DNA from: Macrostomum lignano
Lineage: Eukaryota
Reading direction: 5' to 3'
DNA length: 64,000 nt
Assembly: GCA_002269645.1 (NCBI GenBank)
Contig: NIVC01003174.1
Span: forward strand, 50,161-114,160
The first letter of the stretch is position 1, and every line of letters begins with the position of its first letter. Below the pieces are notes generated by a model. The model had not been told where the DNA came from and ran no database searches. It saw only the letters and a program-made list of their open reading frames with translations. The position numbers were made by a program, and so were the translations under genes. Below are positions 60,723 to 64,000 of the stretch, piece after piece.

Positions 60723-63090
60723 AACCTATAACATACCTAAAGACATAGAGAAAACTCATTTTGAATATATAGGAATAGTTAGTTCTTCAATATTAACAAC
60801 ATGGTAAACAATAAAAATTAGTAGAAATAAAAATAAATCAGGCAAGAATTTGCTAATAAAATATTTTTCATTTGAGATAAAAAATTAGGATAAAACAAAA
60901 ATATTTATTCAAAAATTTTAAGATATTTTAAAGATATTTAAGAACTCAATTAGTAACTATAAGACCTATTCACAAGGTACTAAATCTCTAAGATCTGAGT
61001 TAAGGCTATCTGTTTATCTATCTGGCCTTATATATGCTAAACCCCTTTTTTAACAATTTTAGACAGCCAAAAAGTAGAATTCTAGCCCAATAAGCAATTT
61101 ATTCAATAATGTAACTTAGTGCATCATGTCTGACAAAAATAAAATCACAAAATTTCATGCATGTGTAAATAAAGGTGTTTGTCCAACCTCTAGTAAAAAA
61201 TAAAAGTAACATTATGTCAAAAATAAAAAAACATTATAAAACATATCAAAAGAAGTGCCATGTCAGACTAAAAGAAGCATCAGACATCAGGCATGTCAGA
61301 TATAAAGAAGAGTCATAGCAAACATAAAAGAAGCAACATGCATAAAATAAAATAAGTATCTAGAGATTAGAGATTTTGCCTAAATTTTTGGCTAGAATTT
61401 TGAGTACCTAACATTTTGGACATTTTCATTGCAAATTCTCAGGTAGGCCTATAGTTTCAATTTTGGGTATTATAGTTTTTGATGCATTGATACCCAAAAT
61501 TTTAGGCTCTTTTTATTATAAATATTTGTTAGAACCATTTGCTATGCTAATGGCAGTCCAACTTGCTAGTCCAAGTTGGCAACCGGCAACCCCCAAATGT
61601 TGCACTTTCTATAAAAGGTTTGGGTAGGCCTATATCCTAATTGCATTATTGGGTTAGATGAATGCTTGAATTAAATGCAATCATTGCAATCTACAGTGAC
61701 TTAGTCAAAACAGGGTAAGAAAGTAACAACTTGGAAGGTGGGTCAGAGATTTATCACGTTAATAGGCCTACTAGAGTCTAGACTAGGCACTGCTAGGGCA
61801 TGGACAAGATACTAGACATACCAAAGTAACAATTAGTGAATCTATACAAATTGATAATAAGGCCATAAACTTAATATAAAAAACCAAGAGGCAAATCTAA
61901 ATATGCCCCCATTCAACTCCTCCCCCTTCTTTCTATGTTTGTCACTTTAGCCAACCCCTCTTCTTTCCCCCAGTCCCTCAATGTTTGCCACTTTAAACCC
62001 TTCTCTCTTTTGCAATGGAGTTTTATGGTTTGCCTTGTCATCTAAACTTGTGGGCTCTACTTATCACACTTTCCTTTCATTATTTGACTCCAAACCCCCA
62101 AGTTGGCAACCCCCAAATACCAAATAGCCTAGTCTTATGCATAGCTTTATATTGATTGAAAAACTATAAGCCAGAAAGCAATATAATAGGCTCATATAAA
62201 AAAGTTAATAGTTTCCTTATGAAATACCATCTGGCTTTCCTAATACCTATTAGTACCAGTTGCAAAATCCTAATTGAAATTTTGAAATAGAAACCTAATT
62301 TAGTATATTGTCATATATTGTGATTTGTGGTGCAAAATGGCATCTCAGATAGGTGCAGCAATTAGGACTATTTTACAATTTCCCAAGACTTTCTGACTAC
62401 CACTTGCAAATCATGTGGCAAGACTGTGTCTTGTGGCAAAGATAAAAACAAGCCATGAAACAGTGGCACGACAATAATCTGATGACGACGACAATGCAAT
62501 TCAATGGCCTTTCATAGTACCAATTCCAGAACCAGAATCGGTTCGGAATTCAAGAAAAAACAGCAGTATAACTATTAAACTCTGTTAATATTTGACTGCC
62601 TTAACAACCTAACTAAGCACAATTTTCACTTTTTTCTTGGCGATTGTCATTCAATAATAAAAACTTTATAGCACGTATCTCCCTCTAGTTATGAAGACAA
62701 AAAGTTATACTTCACAAATTGGTTCTGGTTCTGAAACCAGAACAAGCAATTATGAAAAGACCCCAAGAAGAAGAGTTTCAAAATATTTCATTTTTATTTA
62801 CAATTTTAAAAGTCACTTTTAAGATATATAAAATTTGAAAAATTGTTTTATAATCGAAAAATTGCTGGTAACAATGTTTTTGCTTTATCTAAAATGTGAT
62901 ACAAAGTTTTTTGTTTTTAAAGTTTTTAAAAAATTAAAAAAGGGTTTCTTTGATATTTTATTTGACTGGCATTTTGTTCTATACTATCCGTACAAGCCTT
63001 TAAGCCTAGCCTTTTATCGCAATTTTTTCGATGTAAAAGTGGCATTTTTGGCATTTTTAGGCGTACCATGCTGCACCATCCGAACTATAG

Positions 63091-63494
63091 TATAACGGGT
63101 GATCCAAAAAAATGGACAAACTTTGTAGTGAAACTGTGCCAAGGCAATACAGTGAATCTTTACAGGCTCGCAGCAGGTGAATCCTGACACCTGTAAGATT
63201 TTTTCTGCCAACTTTGGAATGAATATTCCAAATAGTCTTTGGCTTTAAGTTGAAAGTGTCTTTGGTTGTTTCTACAATTACACATCTACTGTCTATGGCT
63301 TCAAGTTGAAAGTGACTGTTGGCTAAATTTAGAATGGCTATTTTAGGAAACTGGATAAAGATATCCATTCCAAAGTTGGCAGAAAAAATCTTACAGGTGT
63401 CAGTATTCACTTGCTGCGAGCCTGTAAAGATTCACTGTATTGCCTTGGCATAGTTTCACTACAAAGTTTGTCCATTTTTTGGATCACCATTATA
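63091..63494. mobile_element. MITE with ~140-bp terminal inverted repeats, Tc1/mariner-like
   Basis: gatccaaaaaaatggacaaactttgtagtgaaac...ctgccaactttggaatg is mirrored at ~63365-63488; both ends in TA context. Confidence 0.7.
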
Positions 63495-64000
63495 GGCTGG
63501 ATGCACACAAATTCGCCAACAGAAATTTAACACCAACAAATTCGGCAAAAGCAAATTCGGCGACGCAACACATCTTTTCATAGCTAAAGACAAGTTAAAG
63601 CAAATTACATGTAGGCCTAGTAATGGCTTTCTTAAAATCTCGTGAAAATTTCTAAATATAAAATAATGGCTGCATAAGCATGTTAAAATCAAGGACTATA
63701 AATCAGTTTTGAATTTGACAAGACAGAACTGCATCTGCTATTTATATTCTGCATTGATTCCATAAAATAGGCGTAGTAATCCACATCCGCATCTGCATTT
63801 TAGTATGCAAAAATCTGTTCCATATATACATCTGTTTCCACAGTTTAGGCCTAGTTGGTACCATTATATTATCATTTGTGTTCATGTTGCACTTTTTATA
63901 TTGTGTTGTGTTTTAATGTTTTTTATATTATAATTTGTAGGGTAGGGCCTAGCTATATTAGACTTTTAGGCCATTTTGTGGCCTATGTTGCATGTCTAGG

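Noticed and set aside
61560-62115. Direct repeats ccaagttggcaacc resembling GGTTGCCA transposon ends
   Set aside because: Both are in the same orientation, with no matching inverted end or TSD found.

Overview
Eukaryotic, intron-rich animal genomic DNA. GC-rich exons, AT-rich intergenic DNA and a private minisatellite in most introns resemble the flatworm Macrostomum (inference only). I reconstructed five spliced genes by hand with consistent exon phases: a coiled-coil protein with a C-terminal CAP-Gly domain (minus, runs off the window start), RTEL1 (+, ~1251 aa, Fe-S DEAH helicase, harmonin-like domain and C-terminal RING), PGM3 (+, ~594 aa), an ATRX that appears to lack the ADD domain (minus, ~1079 aa) and INTS7 (minus, ~983 aa). 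There is also a probable single-exon orphan gene (+). Mobile DNA: a decayed hAT transposon with an 8-bp TSD, two hAT-type MITEs, three CACTCAG-ended MITE-like copies, three tRNA-derived CORE-like SINEs, a solo LTR with a 4-bp TSD, a probable Helitron-like element and a Tc1/mariner-like MITE. Most long ORFs in the supplied track are artefacts of tandem repeats. Main leads: about 21 of 30 introns carry their own tandem array, often ending 10-100 nt from the 3' splice site and full of decoy splice signals; arrays have grown inside a MITE and a Helitron-like element; two GC-AG introns; an ADD-less ATRX; a possible spliced-leader relic or operon at PGM3.
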